A DNA stretch of 29,078 nt from a virus (Duplodnaviria > Heunggongvirae > Uroviricota > Caudoviricetes), in IMG/VR virus record IMGVR_UViG_3300026549_002453; one strand, given 5' to 3'. Made by a program: the position numbers and the translations under genes. Below the pieces are notes generated by a model that saw nothing but the letters and a program-made list of their open reading frames with translations, had not been told where the DNA came from and searched no databases. Below, one piece after another: positions 1 through 9,646 of the stretch; position 1 is the stretch's first letter; each line of letters opens with the position of its first letter.

Positions 1-1
1 T

Positions 2-592
2 ATAATTGCAAAGAGAGATACCGAAGGAGGTAGTTATATCCACGTTTATGATAAGTGGATAGAGTTTGATACTCAGGAATTTTTTGGAGAAGGACTATTT
101 AAGGATGAGTATGAGGTCATAACTGAAAAGGAAGCTAGCAGGTTAATTGCCACATATAATAAACAAATTAAAGGTTTGTATAATAGAGTAGAAAGTATTG
201 CTAAAGAGTATCACAAAACGCAGGTAGACCTAGGAGGTAACCCTTATATAAATCATGTGTGCAGTGTCGTGGATGGGGTGGAACTTCTAGAGGAAAAGAT
301 TATTGCTTATCTACATGATACTCTAGAAGATACTCCTATGACTATAGGTAAGATGAGACGACACAGAATACCTGAGTTCATTATTGCTCACGTTAATATT
401 CTTACCCACGATAAAGAGGGTAACTACCTTGAATATGTAAGAAGATTACGACACTACCCTCTTGCAAAGAATGTTAAACTTTCTGACCTAAAAAATAATA
501 TGGACACATCTAGATTAAAGAAGATTACTGAAGAAGACAAAGAAAGATTAAAGAAGTATAAAAAAGCATGTAAAATTTTGAAGGAGAATTAA
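2..592 (+). CDS. HD-domain (Mesh1/Aph1-like) alarmone hydrolase with an N-terminal immunity-like domain; 5'-truncated by the window edge
   Basis: The frame of ORF 176..592 is open back to base 2 (IIAKRDTEGGSYIHVYDKWIEFDTQEFFGEGLFKDEYEVITEKEASRLI...). The C-terminal part has SpoT-type HD motifs PYINH, AYLHDTLED and AKNVKLSDLKNN. Confidence 0.8.
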   Translation: MIAKRDTEGGSYIHVYDKWIEFDTQEFFGEGLFKDEYEVITEKEASRLIATYNKQIKGLYNRVESIAKEYHKTQVDLGGNPYINHVCSVVDGVELLEEKIIAYLHDTLEDTPMTIGKMRRHRIPEFIIAHVNILTHDKEGNYLEYVRRLRHYPLAKNVKLSDLKNNMDTSRLKKITEEDKERLKKYKKACKILKEN

Positions 593-593
593 A

Positions 594-1334
594 ATGGCCA
601 ATCCGTATCATTATCCAGCAGGAGATAGCAGAGGAGGTCAATTCGCTCCCAAAGGCACAGATGTAATAGTTTCTTTAAATGCAAAGTTTGGCAAAGATGT
701 GATAGAATCCCGCAGCGAGACTATAACAGAAGTCTTAGGTGATTTAACAGGTAAGTGTAGAGTGGATGACATTAAGAAGGAAAGAAGAGCCTTGGAAAAG
801 ATGTCGGAACCTGACTATATTGATTATCTTAAGATTACTACCAGTGAAGCAAAAACTACAGGAGACCTTAGAGAAAATATAAACGGGTTAATAAGTTTAG
901 AAACAAGGGTAAAATCACCAAGCTCTACTTATGAAAAAATTTATGAGCGTGAGAAGTATGGTTCTGTTTCTGAGTTAAGTGACATTCTTAGATACACCAG
1001 TATAAAAGATAAGGACACTTATACAAAATCAGTAAAAAAAGATATTTCGAAGATGAAAAAATTAGGTTACGTAGTTATTAAACAAACCAATTATTGGAAG
1101 GATACTACAACCGGATACAACGGCATTAATTATTGTCTTTTATCTCCAGATGGAGTAAAGGTGGAACTACAGTTTCACACAGAAGAAAGCCATAGCTGCA
1201 AAGAAACTGAACTTCATCGTTTATATGAACAGGAGAGAGTTGAAAAGGACCCAATTAAGAAAAAAGAATTACAGTTAGAGCAAATTAGGGTTGGCTCTAA
1301 AGTAAGTATGCCTGATAATGTGCATACTATATGA
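594..1334 (+). CDS. RelA/SpoT-family small alarmone synthetase-like nucleotidyltransferase (Apk/Tas1-like toxin candidate)
   Basis: Synthetase motifs RVKSPSSTYEKI, DILRY, GYNGIN and ELQFHT; RBS AAGGAG upstream; N-terminal NPYH..GGQF peptide. Confidence 0.75.
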   Translation: MANPYHYPAGDSRGGQFAPKGTDVIVSLNAKFGKDVIESRSETITEVLGDLTGKCRVDDIKKERRALEKMSEPDYIDYLKITTSEAKTTGDLRENINGLISLETRVKSPSSTYEKIYEREKYGSVSELSDILRYTSIKDKDTYTKSVKKDISKMKKLGYVVIKQTNYWKDTTTGYNGINYCLLSPDGVKVELQFHTEESHSCKETELHRLYEQERVEKDPIKKKELQLEQIRVGSKVSMPDNVHTI

Positions 1335-1348
1335 TAATAAGGAAAAGT

Positions 1349-3181
1349 ATGAAAATAACATTCAAAAATATTGAAATTCACAATTTTATGTCGTTTACTG
1401 ACAGTTATATTACTCTCAATACCCCAGGTTACATATTAGTAAAGGGTGATAATGAAAACCCTAGTGATAATAGTAGTAGTAATGGGGCAGGTAAGAGTGG
1501 AATTTTCGAAGCCATCTTATTTTGTCTAACAGGAGAAACCCAACGAGGTATTTCCGGAAAGTCAGTTATCAAACACGGTTCAAAAGAGTGCAGCGTTACT
1601 CTTTCATTTTCTATAGATAAGGATGAGTACACTCTTACAAGAGGAATGTCACCCTCCCAAAGTCTCACCATAATTAAAAATGGTGAAGATATATCAGGTA
1701 AGGGTGTAACAGATAGTAAGAAAATTCTAGAGGAGCAGTTACCTGACCTCACTATGTCGTTGCTTTCTAACCTTGTTATTCTTGGGCAAGGATTACCCAA
1801 TAGATTTTCTCTTAATTCCCCTAGTGGTAGAAAAGATGTACTTGAAAAGCTGTTCAAGGCAGACTTTATGATAGAGGATATAAAGACCAGAATAGGCGAT
1901 AGGCTTAATGAGTTAAAGGATAAAAAAAGAAGCTATGAGGATAGACTCCTTGGTCTCACTACTAAAAAAAGTATCGCAGAAGAAAATATAACTGCTTCAG
2001 AAACAGAGCTTGCTACTATGGAAGATGTATCTAACCTTATGCTTTCTTTGGATGAACTCTCACAAGAAATATATAACTTAGAGAATCAAATTAAAGAAAT
2101 AAATAAGAGTAATAAAGAGATAATAGTAAGCAATGAGGGTATAAATGCAAAAATACTCACACTTACAGAAAATCAAATAGAAGTAAATAACAGTGATTAT
2201 CTTGTCAAAGAAATTGAGGAAGTTAAGGAAAAGGGTCTTGCCTTAAAAAGTGAGGTCATTGTTTTAGACAAAGAAATAGAACGAAAGGATAAAATCACTG
2301 ATACTTGCCCCACTTGTGGCCAGAGACTTGTTGGTGTGGAAAAGCCGGATACCTCTAAAGAAAAAGAGCTTTCTATGATGATAAGGTCTAATCTAGATGG
2401 CCTTAGAGAAACTCTTAGGGGCTTGCAAGAAAAGAGGCAAGATAAATTAAATACAGAACTCGACCAGATAAATGAAGATATACTCAATCTCAAGTCACAA
2501 CTGAGGTCTATTACAGACATTAGTTCTCTAGAATCTAACCTCTCCATTAAAAGGAATGAGTATACTAATATAGAAAGTGAAATAAATATTCACGATGTTA
2601 AGAAAAAAGAGATTGAAACGAATATAACGAAAAATAAAGAAATTGTGGATAACTCAACAAGAGAGATAGAGGGTATAGAGGTAGAAAAATTAAAATTAGA
2701 AGCACACATAGATGTAGATAACAAAATAAATAGTATTATAAAGAGAGATTTTAGAGGATACCTACTGTCTAACATTATTGAGCTCATAGATAGTAAATGT
2801 AAAGAGTTTGGTCAACAACTATTTGGCCACACAGATATTGGAGTTTCTCAGGATGGCAATAATATCAGTATTACTCTAAACAATAAAGAGTATGAATTAT
2901 TAAGCGGAGGAGAAAAGCAAAAGCTTGATTTAATCACTCAACTTGCAATAAGAGATGTACTTATTAAGTATAGTGGATTTAACTGCAGTATGTTAGTGTT
3001 AGACGAAATCTTTGATAACTTGGATGATATAGGCGGGGAGAAAGTGCTTAATCTTATTGCTAACAATCTTAATATTCCTAGCATATATATTATAAGTCAT
3101 CATGCGGATATTCAAATTCCTTACGATTCTCAAATCATTGTTAAGAAAGATAGTTTTGGTAGTAGGGCTATACAACTATAA
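1349..3181 (+). CDS. SbcC/Rad50-like (T4 gp46-like) recombination ATPase
   Basis: Walker A ...NGAGKS, coiled coil, zinc hook CPTCG, signature LSGGE, Walker B LVLDE, H-loop ISH. ATG at 1349 chosen because of the upstream AAGGA. Confidence 0.92.
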   Translation: MKITFKNIEIHNFMSFTDSYITLNTPGYILVKGDNENPSDNSSSNGAGKSGIFEAILFCLTGETQRGISGKSVIKHGSKECSVTLSFSIDKDEYTLTRGMSPSQSLTIIKNGEDISGKGVTDSKKILEEQLPDLTMSLLSNLVILGQGLPNRFSLNSPSGRKDVLEKLFKADFMIEDIKTRIGDRLNELKDKKRSYEDRLLGLTTKKSIAEENITASETELATMEDVSNLMLSLDELSQEIYNLENQIKEINKSNKEIIVSNEGINAKILTLTENQIEVNNSDYLVKEIEEVKEKGLALKSEVIVLDKEIERKDKITDTCPTCGQRLVGVEKPDTSKEKELSMMIRSNLDGLRETLRGLQEKRQDKLNTELDQINEDILNLKSQLRSITDISSLESNLSIKRNEYTNIESEINIHDVKKKEIETNITKNKEIVDNSTREIEGIEVEKLKLEAHIDVDNKINSIIKRDFRGYLLSNIIELIDSKCKEFGQQLFGHTDIGVSQDGNNISITLNNKEYELLSGGEKQKLDLITQLAIRDVLIKYSGFNCSMLVLDEIFDNLDDIGGEKVLNLIANNLNIPSIYIISHHADIQIPYDSQIIVKKDSFGSRAIQL

Positions 3182-3211
3182 AATATAAGGTGTAAAGGTA
3201 GGTAAACAATT

Positions 3212-4216
3212 TTGAAAATTTGTATATATACCGATGTACATTTTTCACAAACTTCTTCTATAGTAAGAGGTAATGGAAAAAAGTATAGTACGAGATTAGA
3301 ACAGTTAATAGAGAGCGTTAATTGGGCGGAGAATCTTGCAGTTGAACATAACTGTGATGCAGTGTATAACTTGGGCGACTTTGTAGATAAGTCATCTATG
3401 AATGCACAAGAAATTTCAGCTATATCTGAAATACAGTGGGCAAAGGTTCCCCATACCTGTATATTGGGTAATCATGAGATAAAAGATAGAAATAAGGATT
3501 TTTCCAGCCTTCATGTCCTTAAGTTACTAGGGTTTGACCTCATCACGGAACCATCCGAAGTAGAATGTGGAAACATAAGTCTTTGTTACTTACCCTACAT
3601 GTTTGAATATAAGTCTCTTGATGAAATTTTTCCTGACAGCGTGGGAAAGAAGAGAATAGTATTTAGCCATAATGATATTGAAGGTATTCAGTTAGGTGGG
3701 TATATTTTTGACAAAGGTTTTTCTCTTGTAGACATATCTAAGAGTTGTGAACTCTTTCTTAATGGTCATATTCATGCTTATGGAGAGTATGGCAACCTGA
3801 TTAATCTAGGTAACCTTTGTGGTCAAAACTTCGGAGAGCACAATGTACCTCACAGAGCTTATATATTGGATACTGAAACATTAGAGCTAACTCATTTTGA
3901 AAATCCATATGCATTGAATTTTTATAAAATAGATTGTACAACTAAAATAAAAGACATAAAATTAAAAAATAATGCAGTACTAACAATAAAAGCAACTGAG
4001 GATAACATAGAGGAAGTTAAAAATATATTTAATAATAAGAAAAATGTTATTGATATAAAATACACAGTTGTACCTAAATTGATAAATAATAACGAAAATA
4101 AACCTGCAGAAGATATAATTCAGATAGACCACCTTCAGTCTTTGAGAGAGTATATACTTAAAGAACTTGGCGAAACAGAGGTAGTAAAAGAAGAGCTGAA
4201 TATTTTAACAAAATAA
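3212..4216 (+). CDS. SbcD/Mre11-like (T4 gp47-like) metallophosphoesterase nuclease
   Basis: Motifs DVH, LGD, GNHE, SHN and GHIH; adjacent to the SbcC-like gene. Confidence 0.9.
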   Translation: MKICIYTDVHFSQTSSIVRGNGKKYSTRLEQLIESVNWAENLAVEHNCDAVYNLGDFVDKSSMNAQEISAISEIQWAKVPHTCILGNHEIKDRNKDFSSLHVLKLLGFDLITEPSEVECGNISLCYLPYMFEYKSLDEIFPDSVGKKRIVFSHNDIEGIQLGGYIFDKGFSLVDISKSCELFLNGHIHAYGEYGNLINLGNLCGQNFGEHNVPHRAYILDTETLELTHFENPYALNFYKIDCTTKIKDIKLKNNAVLTIKATEDNIEEVKNIFNNKKNVIDIKYTVVPKLINNNENKPAEDIIQIDHLQSLREYILKELGETEVVKEELNILTK

Positions 4217-4226
4217 GGAGAAGTTA

Positions 4227-4478
4227 ATGAATGTAGAATTTGAATTTCATGAAATTATAAGCTATGGAATTATTATTTTATCTGTAATTTTTGCTATTAT
4301 CAAAAGACCCAATACTACTCAAAAGTCTAAAAATAATACTGAAAAACCTGTTATAAATGGAAAGACAATAGAGATTAAATCTATTAAATTACCGTTTTTT
4401 GACAGTTCAGATGATAGCCTGAGCAGTGAGTTTAATGGTAAATCTAGTAAAGAAGATAATAATCCGTTTGAGGTATAA
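4227..4478 (+). CDS. small membrane-anchored hypothetical protein
   Basis: RBS AAGGAG; N-terminal hydrophobic helix. Confidence 0.6.
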   Translation: MNVEFEFHEIISYGIIILSVIFAIIKRPNTTQKSKNNTEKPVINGKTIEIKSIKLPFFDSSDDSLSSEFNGKSSKEDNNPFEV

Positions 4479-4480
4479 AT

Positions 4481-4681
4481 ATGAGAGATAAAGAAAGAAT
4501 ATCAGAAATATTAGGATTATTGCAATATTATTGGGAAGATAGGCCTGACATGAGATTTTGTCAGATTGTGTCTAATCTTACTTTTTTCAATGAGCTTGAT
4601 ATTTTTTATATAGAAGATGATGTATTTTTAGAAAGTCTTAAAAATGCTATTGAAAGAGATAAGGTAGTTATGCCTATGTAG
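4481..4681 (+). CDS. YihD/DUF1040-like small phage protein
   Basis: MRDxxRI...W...PDMRFxQ pattern; RBS GAGG. Confidence 0.55.
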   Translation: MRDKERISEILGLLQYYWEDRPDMRFCQIVSNLTFFNELDIFYIEDDVFLESLKNAIERDKVVMPM

Positions 4682-4693
4682 AAAGGAGAAATA

Positions 4694-4969
4694 ATGAACA
4701 AATATCTGATGGAATTTTGTGGGAAAAACTGCGTAAGAATTTTTGAGTGGACCAAAAATAATGACATTTGGTTTGAAGACTTTAATTATGATATTAATGA
4801 AGACAACGAAGATTACGAAGAGTGTATAAAAAAGTTCTTTGATGAAAAGGCACATCTTTGTGAAATGGTAGCATGTGTTGAGGAATATATAGATAAAACA
4901 ATAAGTGATAATTTTTCTTGGGATTTCGGTTTTGATATTGATGTACAAGCACTAAAGAATAAAAAATAA
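4694..4969 (+). CDS. hypothetical acidic protein
   Basis: RBS GAAAGGAG; tight gene packing. Confidence 0.65.
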   Translation: MNKYLMEFCGKNCVRIFEWTKNNDIWFEDFNYDINEDNEDYEECIKKFFDEKAHLCEMVACVEEYIDKTISDNFSWDFGFDIDVQALKNKK

Positions 4970-4982
4970 TAAGGAGAGAGCC

Positions 4983-5447
4983 ATGCCAGGAAATGCACAT
5001 GCAAAAATGCAGATTGTAGTTGAAGTTGAAATATCAGTAAAAGATAAATTATCAGAAGCACAAACAAATGTTGCGTTTGATATAGTTGAGGAGTCTATTA
5101 CTAAAATTCTAGATTATAATAATTTTGAGATAAAAGAAGAAGATTGTAGAAGTCTTTCTTCTGTACATAATAACTATATACTAAAAACGCAGTATAGTGT
5201 TACTCTACTAATTGAATGTGACCTTCGTATCATACCTGGTACTTATCAGGAACCATCTGAAGTGGATTGGAGCGATACGATATTTTATGAAAACGTGGAT
5301 GATTTTAATAGTATGAAACTAGGTATGGAAAATTATATTAAGGAGCGCTTCACTAAAGATGAATCATTAAAAAATCTGGGCTTTGTAGAAAGTTTAGTAA
5401 ATTTTAGAGTAGTAGGAGCCCCTCATTTTGAATGGAAGAGAGTATGA
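4983..5447 (+). CDS. hypothetical protein
   Basis: RBS AAGGAG; 154 aa; overlaps the next gene (ATGA). Confidence 0.65.
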   Translation: MPGNAHAKMQIVVEVEISVKDKLSEAQTNVAFDIVEESITKILDYNNFEIKEEDCRSLSSVHNNYILKTQYSVTLLIECDLRIIPGTYQEPSEVDWSDTIFYENVDDFNSMKLGMENYIKERFTKDESLKNLGFVESLVNFRVVGAPHFEWKRV

Positions 5448-6001
5448 CTACAAAATTAAGTATTACCAAAAACAAAAGTAAAGAAACACAGAACACCTCG
5501 GTAATAGAAAAAATTAAAAAGAGCCCTTGGTCAGCCCTAGCGGCAAAATTACTCATAACTATAGTAATAATTTTAGGGTTGCTTAAATTTGTCATTGGAA
5601 TAAATATTTATTACGGTAACAATATGTTTCCAGCTATGAACGATGGCACCCTTATCATTACATACAAATTAAATAAAAATATATATTCAGAACTTATAGT
5701 TGCTTATAATGTAAATGATAAAACAAGGTTTGGTAGAATAGTGGGGGTCCCCGGGGATATTATATATCTAGACGATACCGGCAAATTTACTATTAACGGT
5801 AACATTGTCTCTGAAAATAATATTTTTTACAATACCTTTGAGGGCGAAGGAGTGATATACCCGTACACCGTGCCTGAAAATAGTTATTTTATATTAAATG
5901 ACTACAGAGAAAACACAGAAGACAGTAGAACCTATGGGGCAATAAATAAGAAAGATATAGCGGGTCAAGTTTACCTAGAACTTCAGAGGAGAGGATTTTA
6001 G
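5444..6001 (+). CDS. signal peptidase I fold protein, SipA/LepA-like with non-catalytic residues
   Basis: TM helix followed by S26 boxes: GNNMFPA (Ser replaced by Asn), RFGRIVGVPGD (Lys replaced by Gly), YFILNDYRENTEDSRTYG. Confidence 0.8.
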   Translation: MTTKLSITKNKSKETQNTSVIEKIKKSPWSALAAKLLITIVIILGLLKFVIGINIYYGNNMFPAMNDGTLIITYKLNKNIYSELIVAYNVNDKTRFGRIVGVPGDIIYLDDTGKFTINGNIVSENNIFYNTFEGEGVIYPYTVPENSYFILNDYRENTEDSRTYGAINKKDIAGQVYLELQRRGF

Positions 6002-6005
6002 AGCA

Positions 6006-6578
6006 GTGTATAAATCAACCATACGAAAAATACTTATACTATTCATTATTTACTCCATAGTGGGGTGGCTATATGAATTTACACTATGGTCGTTTGAATT
6101 ACATCAACTTATGAATAGAGGATTTTTATTTGGTCCATGGCTCCCCATATATGGTTTTGGGGGACTTATTATATATAGGTTTTGTTACAAGTACGCAACT
6201 AAACCCGTAGAAATAGGAAATACCAACGTTAAACCTTTAATGGTGGGCATTATTATTTCTATAGCGGCTGCACTAATCGAACTGGTCTCTACTTTAATTT
6301 TAGACAAGGTAGGAATAGATTGGACATCACTCTGGAAGTATGATGATTATTCTATTAACTTTCAAGAGAGAGTGGCCCTTTTACCCTCCATAAAATTTGG
6401 TATTCTAGGGTGCATTATTATTTATGGGGTACAGGCTAAAATAGAAAATTTCGTTAATAATCCTAGTAAAAGGCAAGAATATGTTCAATATATAATATTT
6501 GCAATATTCATTATAGATTTAATTTATCATTTAATAAATGGAAGTCATTATACAGACATACCGTTTTTACTTCTATAA
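6006..6578 (+). CDS. CmpB/TMEM229-family membrane protein (putative ABC permease-like)
   Basis: YSIVGWLYE, NRGFLFGPWLPIYGFG and LWKYDD..NFQERV motifs; several TM helices. Confidence 0.8.
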   Translation: MYKSTIRKILILFIIYSIVGWLYEFTLWSFELHQLMNRGFLFGPWLPIYGFGGLIIYRFCYKYATKPVEIGNTNVKPLMVGIIISIAAALIELVSTLILDKVGIDWTSLWKYDDYSINFQERVALLPSIKFGILGCIIIYGVQAKIENFVNNPSKRQEYVQYIIFAIFIIDLIYHLINGSHYTDIPFLLL

Positions 6579-6616
6579 CCAAGAAATATTTTGAAGTATA
6601 GAAAGGAGAGAAAAGC

Positions 6617-6871
6617 GTGATATTTTTTACTGAAGACGCAGTTAAAAGAAGATTTAAAGATGACACTGATGATAGAGTATATAAGCTCTATAAAATGGAA
6701 AATTATGACATTGTAAATAATGATACTAGTTTCACAATTACACTAATGGAAGATATTGAGGATGAAGACAACGCAGAATTTATGACAGTAACTTTCTATC
6801 CAATGATTGAATCTGTTCAAGAAGCATTAGAAGCTCATGATTTGAAAGAAGTTAAAAAGGAAGTTAACTAA
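6617..6871 (+). CDS. hypothetical acidic protein
   Basis: RBS GAAAGGAG, GTG start. Confidence 0.6.
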   Translation: MIFFTEDAVKRRFKDDTDDRVYKLYKMENYDIVNNDTSFTITLMEDIEDEDNAEFMTVTFYPMIESVQEALEAHDLKEVKKEVN

Positions 6872-6960
6872 AGAGAAATATATGGCATTTAATTTAGACG
6901 CATTAAAAGCAATGAAGGCTGGAAGAGATAATATGCTCGTATTTAGAATTAACTTGAATT

Positions 6961-7743
6961 TTGATTAACAATGTAATTTATATGAAAAAATTAGGAAATA
7001 CATTAAACAATACGTATGATAGAATATTGGTAGGGGTGTTTGTCTTATTGCTCCTACTTTCTTGCTATATGGCTTATGACACTTGGTATGTTAGGTATGT
7101 TTCTGCGGGGTCTGATTACAATGCGTATAAACCAAGTTTAGACAATCCTGATGCTTATAATGAATTATCTGACGAGTGTATAGGATGGATAACTCTAGAC
7201 CGTACGAGCATAGATTACCCAATTATGCAGGCTAAGGACAATAATAAATATCTTAATACTAATCCGTACGGTGAATATAGCTTAGCGGGCAGTATCTTCC
7301 TTGATTATAAAAATAGTCCTGACTTTAGTGACCCTTTTAGTCTAGTATATGGTCATCATATGTCTATGAGGCAATCTGTATTTTTACAAAATCGTAATGA
7401 TGAGTCATATGATATAGCGAAAGACCCTGGCAGGAACTCCATGTTTGGAGCCCTGGACCTTTTTAATGAACTAGAATACTTTAATGAACATACCACTGGA
7501 ACTCTGACTGCTGAGGGAAAAGTTTATAATCTAGAAATATTTGCGTTTACTATAACGGATGCTAATGAGAGTATCATATTTGACCCTACTAATTACAAGG
7601 GTCAGTATGAATGGGTACAGAAAAATAATATATACTTTAGGGAGCCTCTGTATAAGGATAGAATAGTAGCTCTAAGTACTTGTAAAGACCCAGGCACAAC
7701 AGAAAGAACAATACTATTTTGTAGTATAAGTGAGTACCCATAA
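6961..7743 (+). CDS. srtB: class B sortase
   Basis: N-terminal TM; GWI, IDYPIMQAKDNNKYL, GSIFLD, catalytic YGHHM, LSTC and a downstream Arg (TERTIL). Start uncertain (6961 TTG or 6982 ATG). Confidence 0.88.
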   Translation: MINNVIYMKKLGNTLNNTYDRILVGVFVLLLLLSCYMAYDTWYVRYVSAGSDYNAYKPSLDNPDAYNELSDECIGWITLDRTSIDYPIMQAKDNNKYLNTNPYGEYSLAGSIFLDYKNSPDFSDPFSLVYGHHMSMRQSVFLQNRNDESYDIAKDPGRNSMFGALDLFNELEYFNEHTTGTLTAEGKVYNLEIFAFTITDANESIIFDPTNYKGQYEWVQKNNIYFREPLYKDRIVALSTCKDPGTTERTILFCSISEYP

Positions 7744-7789
7744 TTAAAGACAAACTTATATAGAAAAAAAAAATACTGAAGGGAAAACC

Positions 7790-8575
7790 ATGAATAAACG
7801 AATTAAATTAAAACTATATAGTATTGGAATTTTATTTTTACTTATATCTATTACATTAATTTCAGTACTAGCTCAAGGTAATCAACTAGAAGAGTTTGGA
7901 GGTACGGGATATTATGAAAGTTCTATTAAGCACATTAAAACTAAGCAAGATGACTTAAGCACAAAACAAAGTCAACTTAACAAGTTGCACCTTCAATCCA
8001 ATAAAAGTAAATATGAAAAACACACTAGTAACAAAGATGCAGAAAAAATTTATGAGAGTGACCTAATGCTGTATGCAACAGAAAAAGTGGACCTCTATGA
8101 AGAATCAAGAAGTGACTCAAAGGTGATATCTACCTTAGACAAGGGTACTGAAATTCATATTGTGGGATTGACCTCCACGGGATACTGCAAATGCGAAGTT
8201 GATAACCTTGAGGGATACATCCTGTCTGAATATCTAAAAGATAAAGAAATTGAGATAACCGCCACCGGAAATACAGGAGATTACCAGAGGTACGCCTGGT
8301 CATTTTTTGACAGTTATGGGTGGGATGCCGAAGACTTTAATTGCCTTGTAAAACTATGGAATAGAGAGAGTGGATGGAATCCCTCAGCAAAAAATCCTAG
8401 TTCAGGAGCATACGGAATTCCACAAAGTCTGCCCGCCAGTAAAATGGCAAGTGAGGGTGATGATTATCTAACTAATTATCAAACTCAGATAAGATGGGGA
8501 TTGAAATATATTAGTCAAAGGTATGGTAGTCCTACAGGTGCGTGGTCACACTCAGAGGCAACAGGTTGGTATTAA
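7790..8575 (+). CDS. secreted SH3 + lytic transglycosylase (SLT-like) cell-wall hydrolase
   Basis: Signal/TM segment, SH3b-like segment (VISTLDKGTEIHIVG...EGYILSEYL), LWNRESGWNP, SSGAYGIPQ, C-terminal GWY. Confidence 0.85.
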   Translation: MNKRIKLKLYSIGILFLLISITLISVLAQGNQLEEFGGTGYYESSIKHIKTKQDDLSTKQSQLNKLHLQSNKSKYEKHTSNKDAEKIYESDLMLYATEKVDLYEESRSDSKVISTLDKGTEIHIVGLTSTGYCKCEVDNLEGYILSEYLKDKEIEITATGNTGDYQRYAWSFFDSYGWDAEDFNCLVKLWNRESGWNPSAKNPSSGAYGIPQSLPASKMASEGDDYLTNYQTQIRWGLKYISQRYGSPTGAWSHSEATGWY

Positions 8576-8599
8576 ATAGAAAATAGAAAGGAGAAAATT

Positions 8600-8791
8600 A
8601 TGAGCGTTAGTGATTTATTGGAATTGTTTGTAATGACAGAGGACATCGTAATATGGGACTGCAGTTCCGAAGAGGAAGTGTTTAGAGGAGAAATACATGA
8701 TATTCCTACTGAACTAGAATACACAACAATACAATCCATAGACTGGCCAAATGGTAAAGAATTAGTAATTAACGTAGATTTAGATGAGTAA
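8600..8791 (+). CDS. hypothetical protein
   Basis: RBS GAAAGGAG; 63 aa. Confidence 0.6.
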   Translation: MSVSDLLELFVMTEDIVIWDCSSEEEVFRGEIHDIPTELEYTTIQSIDWPNGKELVINVDLDE

Positions 8792-9095
8792 TAAAGAAAT
8801 ATTAGATTTTATAAAAGAATTTAGTTTCTTCGGTAAACAAGTAAGAGAGTGTTTTACTAGAGGAAATTGTTACTGGTTTGCTTTTATTCTTCATGAAAGA
8901 TTTGGCGGAGAAATTATGTACAACGATGTAGAAGGGCATTTTGCTTGTAGAATAAAAAGAAAACTATATGATATAACTGGTTGTTGTGATAATCTTTATT
9001 ATGATAGTTGGACTAAATGGGAAAACTATAAGAAAGTAGAAAATAGTCATAGTAAAGGTATTATTAGAGATTGTATATTGAAGAAGAAAGGATAG
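8784..9095 (+). CDS. hypothetical phage protein with possible Cys-His-Asp triad
   Basis: FTRGNCYWFA...GHF...YDITG pattern. Confidence 0.6.
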   Translation: MSNKEILDFIKEFSFFGKQVRECFTRGNCYWFAFILHERFGGEIMYNDVEGHFACRIKRKLYDITGCCDNLYYDSWTKWENYKKVENSHSKGIIRDCILKKKG

Positions 9096-9121
9096 GTAGT
9101 ATAAAATTGGTGGAAAAATAA

Positions 9122-9607
9122 ATGAATGATGATAAGCAAGTGAAAAGAAAGTTAATATTGAAAATATTTATTGTTCATGGAATAATAGCTATATTATTAT
9201 GTTTGTGTATGTTGTTATTATATAGAACCATGGACAATATGGAAGGCGGAATTGATGCAATTGGAAAAGCTATTGCTTATGCTATAGTTTATCGCATAAG
9301 TGCACTTTTACTTATAGTTAATTTATTTGTTTTCGGTGCTCGCATGTTAAATGCGTGTGTAGAAAATAGTGTAGCTAAACTGATAACATATAGTGTTGTC
9401 GGATTAATTAGTTGTCTTCTTTGTGTGAGGTATGCGTATAGTTTTATAAGTCTTTATAACTTTACATGGGGGTTTACTGAGTTTTTTACGCTTGTATCTT
9501 TTATTTTGTTTTTAATTTTTTTGGCATTAAGTGTTTGGTGTATTTATAAGATTTCAAAAATCGTTAAGAAAATTAAGGAAGAGCGGAGTATCGGTTCACA
9601 AGAGTAG
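9122..9607 (+). CDS. multi-pass membrane protein
   Basis: About four hydrophobic segments. Confidence 0.65.
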   Translation: MNDDKQVKRKLILKIFIVHGIIAILLCLCMLLLYRTMDNMEGGIDAIGKAIAYAIVYRISALLLIVNLFVFGARMLNACVENSVAKLITYSVVGLISCLLCVRYAYSFISLYNFTWGFTEFFTLVSFILFLIFLALSVWCIYKISKIVKKIKEERSIGSQE

Positions 9608-9646
9608 AACGGACTTACATAAAATTATAGAAAGAGACCATATTAA

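Noticed and set aside
6882-6968. 28-codon ORF MAFNLDALKAMKAG... before the sortase
   Set aside because: Weak RBS and too short to support. It could be a remnant or a frameshifted sortase N-terminus, which cannot be decided here.
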